Positions 1-8,240 of a DNA stretch of 36,446 nucleotides are shown here, one piece after another. The translations under genes were made by a program, and so were the position numbers. Source of the stretch: a virus (taxonomy: Duplodnaviria > Caudoviricetes); the IMG/VR virus record IMGVR_UViG_3300017912_003848, positions 1 through 36,446 of that record; one strand, 5' to 3'. A model generated the notes under the pieces. That model was not told the DNA's origin, made no database searches, and was given only the letters and a program-made list of their open reading frames with translations. Positions within the stretch are counted from its first letter, which is position 1; every line of letters starts with the position of its first letter.

Positions 1-174
1 TCACTTTAGCCAGAGGGAAGTTAGTGATTAAAGAAACTGCCAGTTGACAACTCTGAACAAAGTTGTTATTGGGTTGTAAGTGACTTCGTATAGTATTAGT
101 AGGAACTTAACTAAGCTGTGAATGACCTATTGAAGAAAACGATATGGACGTGGGTTCGATTCCCACCAGCTCCA
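1..174 (+). ncRNA. ssrA: tmRNA, 3' portion (5' part upstream of window)
   Basis: GGAC-GTGGG-TTCGATT-CCCAC T-arm (146-166), then CAGCTCC-A (167-174), which would pair with a 5' GGGGCTG giving the G3:U70 alanine determinant. No tRNA 5' half within 76 nt upstream; hairpins instead (TCACT 1-5/AGTGA 23-27; ACAACT 47-52/AGTTGT 61-66). Confidence 0.85.
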
Positions 175-191
175 CAAACAAAAGAGGTTGT

Positions 192-662
192 ATGCCAAGA
201 ATACGTAGAACATTTGGAAAGAAAACTCGTAAGTTTGATGAACAAACTTTTGAAAATGATTTTAGATATCCACCAAAACCAGATTCATATTATGATGTGA
301 AAGAGAAAGGACAATGCCGATGGTGTGATGGTATTATTAATGATGAGTATGGTAGGCGTAACATGAGAGCCACATGGCATCCTGATTGTAGTGAAGAGTA
401 TCTGATGTACTATAACTCCAAACATATCAGAAAGTATATTAAACAAAGAGATTATTGTGAATGTGCTGAGTGTGGTGATTATGATCCAAGGTTTCAGATT
501 GATCACATACGACCACTGTATGAACAAAAGTATAAACAACCTGATGAAGTAGATTGGTCATATTGGGACGAGAAGAATCTACAAACACTATGTCGTAAAT
601 GTCATAAGGCAAAGACTAAAGGCGACATGGAAAGACTACGAGAGTTTAATGAGGGGATCTAA
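192..662 (+). CDS. HNH endonuclease with Zn-binding Cys pairs
   Basis: RDYCECAECG...QIDHIRPL...NLQTLCRKCH is a canonical HNH signature. Start moved to ATG 192 (AGAGGT upstream) because 144 lies inside the tmRNA. Confidence 0.9.
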   Translation: MPRIRRTFGKKTRKFDEQTFENDFRYPPKPDSYYDVKEKGQCRWCDGIINDEYGRRNMRATWHPDCSEEYLMYYNSKHIRKYIKQRDYCECAECGDYDPRFQIDHIRPLYEQKYKQPDEVDWSYWDEKNLQTLCRKCHKAKTKGDMERLREFNEGI

Positions 663-718
663 CCGATCTTTTTTCTCCACTAGAATTCAAGAAATCAAGA
701 CGACCTGATTCCCTCATT

Positions 719-904
719 ATGTGGTATAAGATAAGAGCAAGAGATAATCACATGGGTAGACCTGATGGGTTTGTCCTTACCTTTCATTTATTTGCTGACA
801 ACCAAGCAGAAGCTATCAACATACTTACTGCTCAAGGGTTTACTGAAATAAAAATCCTAGATGAGTATGATGAGCACGACCATAGTTGGTTAGAAAAAAA
901 ATAA
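719..904 (+). CDS. small hypothetical protein
   Basis: 61-aa ORF filling the gap before the first promoter; no obvious SD. Confidence 0.6.
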   Translation: MWYKIRARDNHMGRPDGFVLTFHLFADNQAEAINILTAQGFTEIKILDEYDEHDHSWLEKK

Positions 905-923
905 AAAAACTTTAAAAAAATGC

Positions 924-952
924 TTGACTTTCTTGTTTTTTCTTTGTAATAT
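924..952 (+). promoter_or_regulatory. sigma70-type early promoter
   Basis: TTGACT (924-929), 17 nt, TAATAT (947-952); A-tracts upstream. Confidence 0.85.
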
Positions 953-978
953 CATATATGAAAAATAAGGAGAAAATA

Positions 979-1158
979 ATGAAAAACATAGTTCCAACCA
1001 AAGAGTTTGGGTATAGACAACCTAAACTTCGTCAAATGAAATATATAACTGGTGATGTCCTCATCGGTTTCTTAATGGATAGATTTGACTTTACTGCTAA
1101 AGAAGCTATCAAAATGGAAAAGAGATTACCTGGTGGTCTAAAAGTGCAGGTGATATAA
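979..1158 (+). CDS. hypothetical early protein
   Basis: ORF 958-1158; AGGAG SD favours ATG 979 (MKNIVPTK). Confidence 0.7.
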   Translation: MKNIVPTKEFGYRQPKLRQMKYITGDVLIGFLMDRFDFTAKEAIKMEKRLPGGLKVQVI

Positions 1159-1448
1159 TGTGGAATTTAGAAACATATCTTTTTACAGTTACCAAAGATG
1201 TAAGAGTGCCTGGCACAATCAAACCAATTCGTAGAATGAAGTGGAGTTGTGTAGCTGCTTGTAATGAAGTAGAAGCTAAGTATAAAACTCTCCGATGGCT
1301 AAGTGAAGAACCTAAGTGGAAAGGTTGGGTTTTAGATGAAGATAGTATCGAGGTCAATGACGAGAAATGGGCTCATCGTAACGAGATTCCAGGCTATGAG
1401 TGTGGAGAGTTTTTCAAGGAAAATAAATCTGGTGTTATTGCAAAATAA
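1158..1448 (+). CDS. hypothetical early protein
   Basis: TAATG-coupled 96-aa ORF. Confidence 0.75.
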   Translation: MWNLETYLFTVTKDVRVPGTIKPIRRMKWSCVAACNEVEAKYKTLRWLSEEPKWKGWVLDEDSIEVNDEKWAHRNEIPGYECGEFFKENKSGVIAK

Positions 1449-1451
1449 TGC

Positions 1452-1480
1452 TTGACTTTGTCAATATTTCTTTGTAATAT
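1452..1480 (+). promoter_or_regulatory. sigma70-type early promoter
   Basis: TTGACT-N17-TAATAT; -35 lies within the palindrome TTGAC-TTT-GTCAA. Confidence 0.85.
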
Positions 1481-1524
1481 AAGGTATGATAAATAACAAA
1501 AAAATAAACAATAAAGGAAACAAA

Positions 1525-1881
1525 ATGACTAAAGAAGCAATTCAACTTGAAGAAAAAAGAACTTATTACGAAGCAGTAAACAACTTGCTTGAGAACATCA
1601 AAACCGACTATGCTAATTGGACTACTTGGGAAGAAGGAATCAAAAGATTCAACGAAGGTATTAGAACCGAAGATGGTAGAAAGTATACCAAAGTTATCCA
1701 AGGCACAAGTGTGTGGGGTTTCATCGCTAAGGCTGATGGAGTTGTAAAAGGTTTGCCTTGTAAGAAAGGTGATGTGTTCAAAGCTGCTGGTTGGAGAGGT
1801 CCTGCTAGATACACAAGAGGTAACATCTTTGCTGAGAACCAAAACTATTTTCAGTGGACTGGTCCTAACTACATGGTGTAA
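1525..1881 (+). CDS. conserved phage hypothetical protein
   Basis: GRKYTKV...SVWGFI...GDVFKAAGWRGPA..TRGNIF resembles a family I recall from T4-like phages; AAAGGA SD before ATG 1525. Confidence 0.8.
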   Translation: MTKEAIQLEEKRTYYEAVNNLLENIKTDYANWTTWEEGIKRFNEGIRTEDGRKYTKVIQGTSVWGFIAKADGVVKGLPCKKGDVFKAAGWRGPARYTRGNIFAENQNYFQWTGPNYMV

Positions 1882-2027
1882 TGATGGACTTGTTAAAAAA
1901 TATCATTGGAATCATAATGAACCTAAGTATGACGCTTGGGTTCTTTATGATGCTCTTCATAATGAGAGCAATACAATTAATAAAAAAAGATGAAAAAGTG
2001 CTTGACTTTATCAAAAAAAATTCGTAA
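1881..2027 (+). CDS. small membrane protein (48 aa, not in ORF track)
   Basis: TAATG-coupled; MMDLLKNIIGIIMNLSMTLGFFMMLFIMRAIQLIKKDEKVLDFIKKNS has one hydrophobic helix. Confidence 0.55.
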   Translation: MMDLLKNIIGIIMNLSMTLGFFMMLFIMRAIQLIKKDEKVLDFIKKNS

Positions 2028-2030
2028 TAT
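2002..2030 (+). promoter_or_regulatory. sigma70-type early promoter
   Basis: TTGACT-N17-TAATAT. Confidence 0.85.
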
Positions 2031-2056
2031 CATATATCAAATAAAAGGAAATAATA

Positions 2057-2341
2057 ATGAACTTAAATAAAAGAGATCAAAAAGAAATACTAGAATACTT
2101 AAAACTTATCACCAGTGAGCTAACCGATGCTTACAATTCTACACCTGATACATCTGAAAACAGTGATGCCCTTTACTTCATAGATACTGCCAGAGACTTA
2201 GTTGATGAACTAACAATCAATGTTGAGGATAACCAAGAAGTACCTGTTCCTCATGAGGATATGGATAGAGAAGGTGGACTTATGGGTCCTGATGGACTTC
2301 CATTGATTCACATAGAAAGAGATACTAAGGTCGGAGTATAG
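2057..2341 (+). CDS. acidic hypothetical protein
   Basis: 94-aa ORF with AAAGGA SD, right after a promoter. Confidence 0.75.
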   Translation: MNLNKRDQKEILEYLKLITSELTDAYNSTPDTSENSDALYFIDTARDLVDELTINVEDNQEVPVPHEDMDREGGLMGPDGLPLIHIERDTKVGV

Positions 2342-2344
2342 GTA

Positions 2345-2458
2345 ATGATAGGATTTATAATTATAGCAATTTTTCTATTGGTATTTATTCTCGAACTAAC
2401 TGATGTAAAGAAAGAGAAAGAACATAGGTTTGGAGTGAAATCAAATAGATGGAGATAA
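2345..2458 (+). CDS. small membrane protein (37 aa, not in ORF track)
   Basis: MIGFIIIAIFLLVFILELTDVKKEKEHRFGVKSNRWR; hydrophobic N-terminus, charged tail; fills the gap. Confidence 0.6.
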   Translation: MIGFIIIAIFLLVFILELTDVKKEKEHRFGVKSNRWR

Positions 2459-2481
2459 TGCAAAATAATTTTAAAAAGTGC

Positions 2482-2510
2482 TTGACTTTGTCAATATTTC
2501 TTTGTAATTT
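2482..2510 (+). promoter_or_regulatory. sigma70-type early promoter
   Basis: TTGACT-N17-TAATTT; 2479-2508 is identical to 1449-1478. Confidence 0.85.
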
Positions 2511-2553
2511 AACGTATCGAAAATAACCAATAAATAATAAAAAGGATAAATAA

Positions 2554-2967
2554 ATGACTTACTTATTTGAATACACAATCTTAGATGACAACATCAAAGT
2601 TGAATATACATTCAGCTCTGTTAGTGATGAAATCAAAGTTATCGACATGTGGGTTGATGACAAACCTCATGATGTAAATTGGATGAGTCCTGAAGGTAGG
2701 GCTAAGCTAATGGCTAGATTAGAAAATGACTTCACTAATAGAATGTGTGGTACTACTGATGATGAATCTTATATGGATAATCTAATGACCACTGGCTTTG
2801 GTGAAGTATCTGAACAAGATGAATTTGCTGAAGGTGGTGAGTACAATGGTATTGAAACCGAAGTTGATCTTGATAGGGATGTACCTGGATTTGAGGGCAC
2901 TACTGATGCCTTAGAAGACTTGGTTGATGGTATCGTTGGAGAACCTGAATACTTAGGAGGTAGATAA
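2554..2967 (+). CDS. acidic hypothetical protein
   Basis: 137-aa ORF with AAAGGA SD; D/E-rich C-terminal half. Confidence 0.8.
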   Translation: MTYLFEYTILDDNIKVEYTFSSVSDEIKVIDMWVDDKPHDVNWMSPEGRAKLMARLENDFTNRMCGTTDDESYMDNLMTTGFGEVSEQDEFAEGGEYNGIETEVDLDRDVPGFEGTTDALEDLVDGIVGEPEYLGGR

Positions 2968-2968
2968 T

Positions 2969-3067
2969 ATGTTGAGATCAGATTGTTGTGGAGCGATAGT
3001 CTATGATGACTATGATATTTGTTCAGAGTGTTTAGAACATTGTGATGTTTGGGAAGAGGAGTGTTAA
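2969..3067 (+). CDS. Cys-rich putative metal-binding microprotein (32 aa, not in ORF track)
   Basis: MLRSDCCGAIVYDDYDICSECLEHCDVWEEEC, preceded by AGGAGG. Confidence 0.75.
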   Translation: MLRSDCCGAIVYDDYDICSECLEHCDVWEEEC

Positions 3068-3068
3068 T

Positions 3069-3380
3069 ATGTTTGGATTAAATGAAACAAGATATGGAAC
3101 TAAAGACCTTATTGCTTGGGATGTAAATGGTGGTGTCGAAGACATCACCTTACATAACCTGCTCGTGGAAGTAGGGTTGTTAGATGAAGGTCATGGTCAT
3201 GAAGAGCTAACTGTTGTATGGGAATATGCCGACCAAGAAATCCACATCCAAGAGATATATGATAATGATTCAGGAGATGTGCTATGGAGACTACCAGAAG
3301 ATGAAGCATATTCAGAAGAAGATGATGTTATAATGAATTCACTTCTCATGTGGGGTGAGTTAGAAAGTACGATAATGTAA
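3069..3380 (+). CDS. acidic hypothetical protein
   Basis: ORF 3042-3380; ATG 3069 follows GAGGAG and the microprotein stop. Confidence 0.75.
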   Translation: MFGLNETRYGTKDLIAWDVNGGVEDITLHNLLVEVGLLDEGHGHEELTVVWEYADQEIHIQEIYDNDSGDVLWRLPEDEAYSEEDDVIMNSLLMWGELESTIM

Positions 3381-3580
3381 TGGAATATTTTAAAGACATA
3401 CTTCGTATATATAAGAAATCGGGATACGACTTAGCACTCTCTTACTCTCGTAACTTATTAGTCAACAACAAAATCTCTTTTGACTCTCATAAAAAAATAT
3501 CCGATTCTCTCTCCTCATTCGAGGTGATGAATCGAAAGACACGAAAGATTTTACTTGACAAATCACTAATAATTTTGTAA
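3380..3580 (+). CDS. hypothetical protein
   Basis: TAATG-coupled 66-aa ORF. Confidence 0.65.
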   Translation: MEYFKDILRIYKKSGYDLALSYSRNLLVNNKISFDSHKKISDSLSSFEVMNRKTRKILLDKSLIIL

Positions 3581-3583
3581 ATT
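3555..3583 (+). promoter_or_regulatory. sigma70-type promoter
   Basis: TTGACA (3555-3560), 17 nt, TAAATT (3578-3583). Confidence 0.75.
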
Positions 3584-3609
3584 AAACTAACACTAAATAG
3601 GAGAATATA

Positions 3610-3852
3610 ATGGCAGTAAACATAAAAAAGATCGACTTATCACAGTTCATGTTGAATGAAGATGATGAGATGATGATGAAGAAGATGGACAAGAAGTCTT
3701 TACCTGATGAAGATATCAAACCAAGTGTAAACCTTGATCTTGTAGATGAGGCTACACTAGAAGAGAATATCACAGCAGCTGGTGATTACTATGATTATGA
3801 TGGTAGGGAAAGTATCAATGACTTGGAAGACCTCGGAATGGATATTTACTAG
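3610..3852 (+). CDS. acidic hypothetical protein
   Basis: 80 aa, AGGAG SD. Confidence 0.8.
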   Translation: MAVNIKKIDLSQFMLNEDDEMMMKKMDKKSLPDEDIKPSVNLDLVDEATLEENITAAGDYYDYDGRESINDLEDLGMDIY

Positions 3853-3871
3853 GTCGATGATATTTATGAAT

Positions 3872-4183
3872 ATGGATGTATCAAATGATGAACTTAAAGA
3901 GTTACTAGAAAGGTTTATGAATCGCTTAGATAAGATGGAAAAAGAACGTGATGTCATGAAGAAGAAACTCGATAGAATGCACAATCACATCAGAGATGTA
4001 AATAAAGCACTTGATGAATTATACTACAGTATGGGTGATGAGCAAGACATCGAGTTTAATGTTTCAGAAGAAGAATTAGAACATGTAAAGCGTATTACTA
4101 ATTTAATTCAAAATGATAAGATGGACTTTCTAGATGACGACCAGTTTAAATCAATGATACATTCTGTAGTCGGAGAATCATAA
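3872..4183 (+). CDS. coiled-coil hypothetical protein
   Basis: ORF 3782-4183; a start at MDVSNDELK avoids overlap with the upstream gene; heptad-like LKELLERFMNRLDKMEKE. Start uncertain. Confidence 0.7.
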   Translation: MDVSNDELKELLERFMNRLDKMEKERDVMKKKLDRMHNHIRDVNKALDELYYSMGDEQDIEFNVSEEELEHVKRITNLIQNDKMDFLDDDQFKSMIHSVVGES

Positions 4184-4187
4184 CCCA

Positions 4188-4487
4188 ATGATATTCCAAG
4201 TTCTTTGTGCCATGTTAGGCATAATCTCAATCTTTTTAATTATGCTGGTATACTATAGTTTAAAACGTATCACCACGTATGAAGAAATAATATTACAAGT
4301 AAATGATAAAATAGAATATGTAAATGCTCAACTAAAACTAATAGATGAAAAGGGAACTTTTGAAGCCGATGATGAAGTGGGTTTCTTCTTTGAAGAACTA
4401 AAAGAAATCGGTAAACTACTTGATAATTTATTTGAAGAGGTTGAGGATGATGCCAACATTAAAAAAGAAGAGAAAGAAGAAGAGTAA
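4188..4487 (+). CDS. membrane-anchored hypothetical protein
   Basis: N-terminal hydrophobic helix followed by an acidic helical region. Confidence 0.75.
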   Translation: MIFQVLCAMLGIISIFLIMLVYYSLKRITTYEEIILQVNDKIEYVNAQLKLIDEKGTFEADDEVGFFFEELKEIGKLLDNLFEEVEDDANIKKEEKEEE

Positions 4488-5166
4488 AATATATTTTGGA
4501 ACACCTGTTCATGATGCCATTGTAGCATATAACAGGTCTGAAGATTATACATTCAGACATAAAATATACACGGATGAAATACATCCAGCATTTCTAAAGT
4601 TAGCAGAGAACATAATCAATACATTTAAGTTTAGTTACTTTGATTATGGATTCAGAGATTTACAAGAGGAAGTAGTATCTAACTTAGTATTGAATATGCA
4701 TAAGTTCGATGAAACTCGTGGTTCTAAAGCATTTAGTTATTTCTCTATTGTTGCTAAGAATTATTTAATATTAAATAACAATGCTAATTACAAGAAGATG
4801 AAATCACATGATGATATATCTGTCTTAAATGGTCAAGGTATTACAGATAATGAAATTAATCCATCTATATCAAAAGAAATATTTGAAAAAACAGTTGATT
4901 ATTTGTATGAAAGATTAGATAAATTGTTTCCTAAACCAAAGGATAAACATGTAGCAGAATCTATTTTGTACTTATGTAAAAATAGAGATCAGATAGATAA
5001 CTTCAATAAAAAGGCTCTGTATATAATGATTCGTGAAATGACAGATGTACAGACATCTAAGATAACTCAGATATCTAACGTATTTCGCCGTATTTACCCT
5101 CGTATTCAAGAAGAAATACTATCAAAAGGACACATAGATAATCTAGCAATAACTGGTTCTATATAA
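4447..5166 (+). CDS. phage sigma factor, T4 gp55-like (late transcription)
   Basis: FLKLAENIINTFKFSY...EEVVSNLVLNMHKFDETRGSKAFSYFSIVAKNYLI matches the sigma region 2/gp55 pattern; sits directly before the structural genes. Confidence 0.75.
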   Translation: MMPTLKKKRKKKSKIYFGTPVHDAIVAYNRSEDYTFRHKIYTDEIHPAFLKLAENIINTFKFSYFDYGFRDLQEEVVSNLVLNMHKFDETRGSKAFSYFSIVAKNYLILNNNANYKKMKSHDDISVLNGQGITDNEINPSISKEIFEKTVDYLYERLDKLFPKPKDKHVAESILYLCKNRDQIDNFNKKALYIMIREMTDVQTSKITQISNVFRRIYPRIQEEILSKGHIDNLAITGSI

Positions 5167-5174
5167 TATTCCTT

Positions 5175-5200
5175 GTATCCTATATTTATAGTTAGGATAC
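5175..5200 (+). promoter_or_regulatory. candidate late promoter ATATTTAT within an inverted repeat
   Basis: GTATCCTA/TAGGATAC stem enclosing TATTTATAGT; the motif recurs at 3860, 28875 and 31465. Confidence 0.5.
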
Positions 5201-5204
5201 TTAT

Positions 5205-5600
5205 ATGGATAATGACTTTAAAATATTTGATGGTAAGAATTTCTCTGATCTTTCAAAAGAGATATATGAGAATTCCAAGCTAAAAAAGACTCAGATTGAT
5301 CTTTTAGTCCAAGAGGTACATGGTTACATACAAGGTATAGAAGATATAGCTGTTGTAGGTCCTATTATAAAAGAACTGATGGATGTAGGGATTAAGAACG
5401 ATGATAACTTGGTTAAGTTAGCAACTCTATATCAACGACTTATGGCTAAGACTATGACAGCAGAATCAGATGTAGCATTATTATCCGATGAAGAAAAAGA
5501 AGAGTTGATGAATGCTCTTGAAGATGTATCTACAGACTTACAGAAAAAATCAGATGAATTAGGAATTGAAGAACTAAGAGAAAAATACGGAAAAACCTAA
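5205..5600 (+). CDS. helical phage hypothetical protein
   Basis: 131 aa, AGGA SD; first gene of the structural module. Confidence 0.8.
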   Translation: MDNDFKIFDGKNFSDLSKEIYENSKLKKTQIDLLVQEVHGYIQGIEDIAVVGPIIKELMDVGIKNDDNLVKLATLYQRLMAKTMTAESDVALLSDEEKEELMNALEDVSTDLQKKSDELGIEELREKYGKT

Positions 5601-6973
5601 TGGCAAGATATCCAGTATTTAATAGATTCAAAGCTACCTTTCATTTAGGACATGTAGACAGAGTATATCCATCTACTTCAGATAGTATAGAAGCCACATA
5701 CGGATCAACTTATCATGAACCTCAAAAGATAAGATTTGTTGATGTCATCTCAACTGCAACAAATCAAGATTATAAGTTTGCAGTACCATTACTTAGAGGT
5801 GTAAGTGATTCTATAACTCGTGGAGATTTAATTCTTTATACTATTTTGGGTGATAAAATTTTTTATTTAGGTCCAATCAATAGCAATAATTTACCATCAG
5901 ACGCATCTGATCATACTTATAACTCGAAAAAAAATTATCGAACAAGAAAACTATCAGACACACTTAGTGGTTATAATAAATCTGTACCTAAAAAACGAGT
6001 TTCAAAAATAGCAAAACCTACAAATTTAAAAATGGATTTTGTAGGTGAAGTAGATGACAATGGAGAACCGTTAGCAAAAAATCCAACAGAACTTAAAGAT
6101 ACAATATTTACTGATTTGATATTAGAGGGTAGATATGGTAATTCAATTAGAATAGGTGCTCGTGATCGTTTTCCTAATATTTTTATCTCAAATAATAATG
6201 ATAAGGATACTGAATCACTAGAAATAGGAACATCTACTATAGGAATGACATCAATAGGATCGATATCAGATAATTTTTTATTAAACTCTGATTATACTTT
6301 GTCATGTGATGTCGAACAGAGATTAATCAACATCGGTAATGATGTGGTTTTAGAAGAAACACCAGAAAATGTTTTTAACTATGGTTATGGTGAAAAAGGA
6401 CTTACATTAGACGAAGTACCAAAAGCACAAATTATAATATCTTCTGATAGAATAATATTTGATTCAATGCATGAAGATATAACTGTATCCTCTAACAGAA
6501 ACATTAATTTTGGAGCTAACAAGAATTTTACATTAACTAATAAAGGTTTCTCAGTATTTGAAACAAAGAATATTTATATAGGAACACAGGCTAAAAATAG
6601 AACTCAACCCATGGTATTGGGTGAGGAATTAAGGCATTTATTAATTAGAATACTTAGGGTATTAGCAGATGCTCAGGCACTTGGTGATATGAATGTACCA
6701 CAACCTTTGACACTGTTTCCTAATATTCATAGAGCTGGTACTCTAAGAGATGAGGTACAAAATATTATGACAGATTTTAGATTAGGAGAACTAGAAGCTG
6801 GAGTTAATCCACCAACTCCAAATCCATCTACGTTGTTAAATGTTGAACAAGATAATAAAGGAAATCCTGTACCTACTGGTGATAGGATTACAGACCAAGC
6901 ATCTTTTCTTAGTCAATATCATTTTATAGAAGAAAACACAAGACCTGATCCTCAGGCTGAAACACAGGAGTAA
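5600..6973 (+). CDS. baseplate hub/central spike-like protein (gp5/gpV-like)
   Basis: DLILEGRYGNSIRIG, then beta-helix-like QIIISSDRIIF..ITVSSNRNINF..NIYIG..QPMVLG; upstream of gp25. Confidence 0.6.
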   Translation: MARYPVFNRFKATFHLGHVDRVYPSTSDSIEATYGSTYHEPQKIRFVDVISTATNQDYKFAVPLLRGVSDSITRGDLILYTILGDKIFYLGPINSNNLPSDASDHTYNSKKNYRTRKLSDTLSGYNKSVPKKRVSKIAKPTNLKMDFVGEVDDNGEPLAKNPTELKDTIFTDLILEGRYGNSIRIGARDRFPNIFISNNNDKDTESLEIGTSTIGMTSIGSISDNFLLNSDYTLSCDVEQRLINIGNDVVLEETPENVFNYGYGEKGLTLDEVPKAQIIISSDRIIFDSMHEDITVSSNRNINFGANKNFTLTNKGFSVFETKNIYIGTQAKNRTQPMVLGEELRHLLIRILRVLADAQALGDMNVPQPLTLFPNIHRAGTLRDEVQNIMTDFRLGELEAGVNPPTPNPSTLLNVEQDNKGNPVPTGDRITDQASFLSQYHFIEENTRPDPQAETQE

Positions 6974-6975
6974 AT

Positions 6976-7383
6976 ATGAAGTTATCTTTATTTAAGAAAG
7001 TAATAAGAGAAGTAGTAAGAGAAGAAATAGAATATTCTCTTGCCGGACTTCGTAAAGAATTAAAAGAAGTACTGGTTAGTAAGATAAATGATGAGATGCT
7101 TAACGAAACACCCACTGTAACTAGTACTGTTAAACCGATTCAAAAAACTGTGACTGAATCAAAACAGAAAGTTCCGATGACAAAGGACTCTATATTAAAT
7201 GATTTGCTCAAAGAAACTGCTGATTCAGGTGAGTGGCAAAATATAAATAAAGAAACTGAGACCACTTCTGTAATGGATAACACTCAGAATTTACCTGATC
7301 ATTTAGCAAATGCTCTTAATAAAGATTATTCACAGGTAATGAAAGCTGTAGAACAAAAGGCAAAGTTTAAGAATGGCGCTTAG
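6976..7383 (+). CDS. hypothetical protein
   Basis: 135 aa, AGGAG SD. Confidence 0.8.
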   Translation: MKLSLFKKVIREVVREEIEYSLAGLRKELKEVLVSKINDEMLNETPTVTSTVKPIQKTVTESKQKVPMTKDSILNDLLKETADSGEWQNINKETETTSVMDNTQNLPDHLANALNKDYSQVMKAVEQKAKFKNGA

Positions 7384-7801
7384 AAGACCAAGAGATAGTG
7401 GAGGTACTTTACATAATGATCTTAAAGATATTGCTATTGACCGTTTAAATTATGTAGATGAAAATGTTTACGATAATTTAGATAGAGAAAGTAAAAGAAA
7501 AATAGATGAATACACTAGAGAACAAGCAGTTGCTATGAGAGCTTTTTTAGAGAGACAAGAAATGAAGATAACTAATATGGAAGCAGTGGGTATCATAAGA
7601 CCTGGATCAATTCAGGTAACTGGTGGTTTAACCACACCAGCAGCACCAGGTGCTCCAGTATCATTAGTTAATCCAGCAATAAATGTAAAACCAATTAAAT
7701 TGTTAGTACAGATAAGTCAAACATCTAATAAAGTTGGTTTACCTCAAGTATTTAGAAATGTAAAGAAAAGTATTGTAAGATTTTTGGAGACTATTTTTTA
7801 A
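7373..7801 (+). CDS. hypothetical protein
   Basis: 142 aa, overlaps both neighbours. Confidence 0.75.
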   Translation: MALRRPRDSGGTLHNDLKDIAIDRLNYVDENVYDNLDRESKRKIDEYTREQAVAMRAFLERQEMKITNMEAVGIIRPGSIQVTGGLTTPAAPGAPVSLVNPAINVKPIKLLVQISQTSNKVGLPQVFRNVKKSIVRFLETIF

Positions 7802-8235
7802 TGGCAATTTTAGACAACAGAAAAAATCCATTTATTGATGATCAAGATACTAGAGTTAGTGTTGGAATTGCATTACCATTTGGTAGACAACCTGGTGGAA
7901 CAAGAGGATATTTTGCAACAACTGATACAACTATTGATGCTGTAAAAACAGATGTTAAAACTTTGTTGATGACACAAAGAGGTGAAAGATTATTTCAACC
8001 ATTACTTGGTTTAAATATAAGAAGATTTTTATTTGAACAAATCACAGAAAATACTGTGATTGAAATTGAAAATGATATTGTTGATACATTTAGTAAGTGG
8101 TTACCATTTGTACAATTAAGAGATATTAATGTAGATGTTAGTAATCAAGATAAAAATCAAATAAAAATATTTGTAAAATTTAATATAGCAAATACACCAA
8201 ATGATTTACAATCTGTTGGTGTGGTGTTGGAGTAG
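7801..8235 (+). CDS. baseplate protein gp25/GPW family
   Basis: VKTLLMTQRGERLFQPLLGLNIRRFLFE...FSKWLPFVQL is the GPW_gp25 signature. Confidence 0.92.
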   Translation: MAILDNRKNPFIDDQDTRVSVGIALPFGRQPGGTRGYFATTDTTIDAVKTDVKTLLMTQRGERLFQPLLGLNIRRFLFEQITENTVIEIENDIVDTFSKWLPFVQLRDINVDVSNQDKNQIKIFVKFNIANTPNDLQSVGVVLE

Positions 8236-8240
8236 AAAAA

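Noticed and set aside
100-176. tRNA-Ala
   Set aside because: No 5' acceptor strand, D-arm or anticodon arm at the expected distance; tmRNA fits better.
146-190. Prophage attachment site at the tmRNA 3' end
   Set aside because: No integrase or second copy in the window; cannot be fully excluded without flanking sequence.
118-300. 60-aa ORF and the 144 start of the HNH ORF
   Set aside because: Both overlap the tmRNA T-arm and acceptor stem; the HNH gene has a better start at 192.
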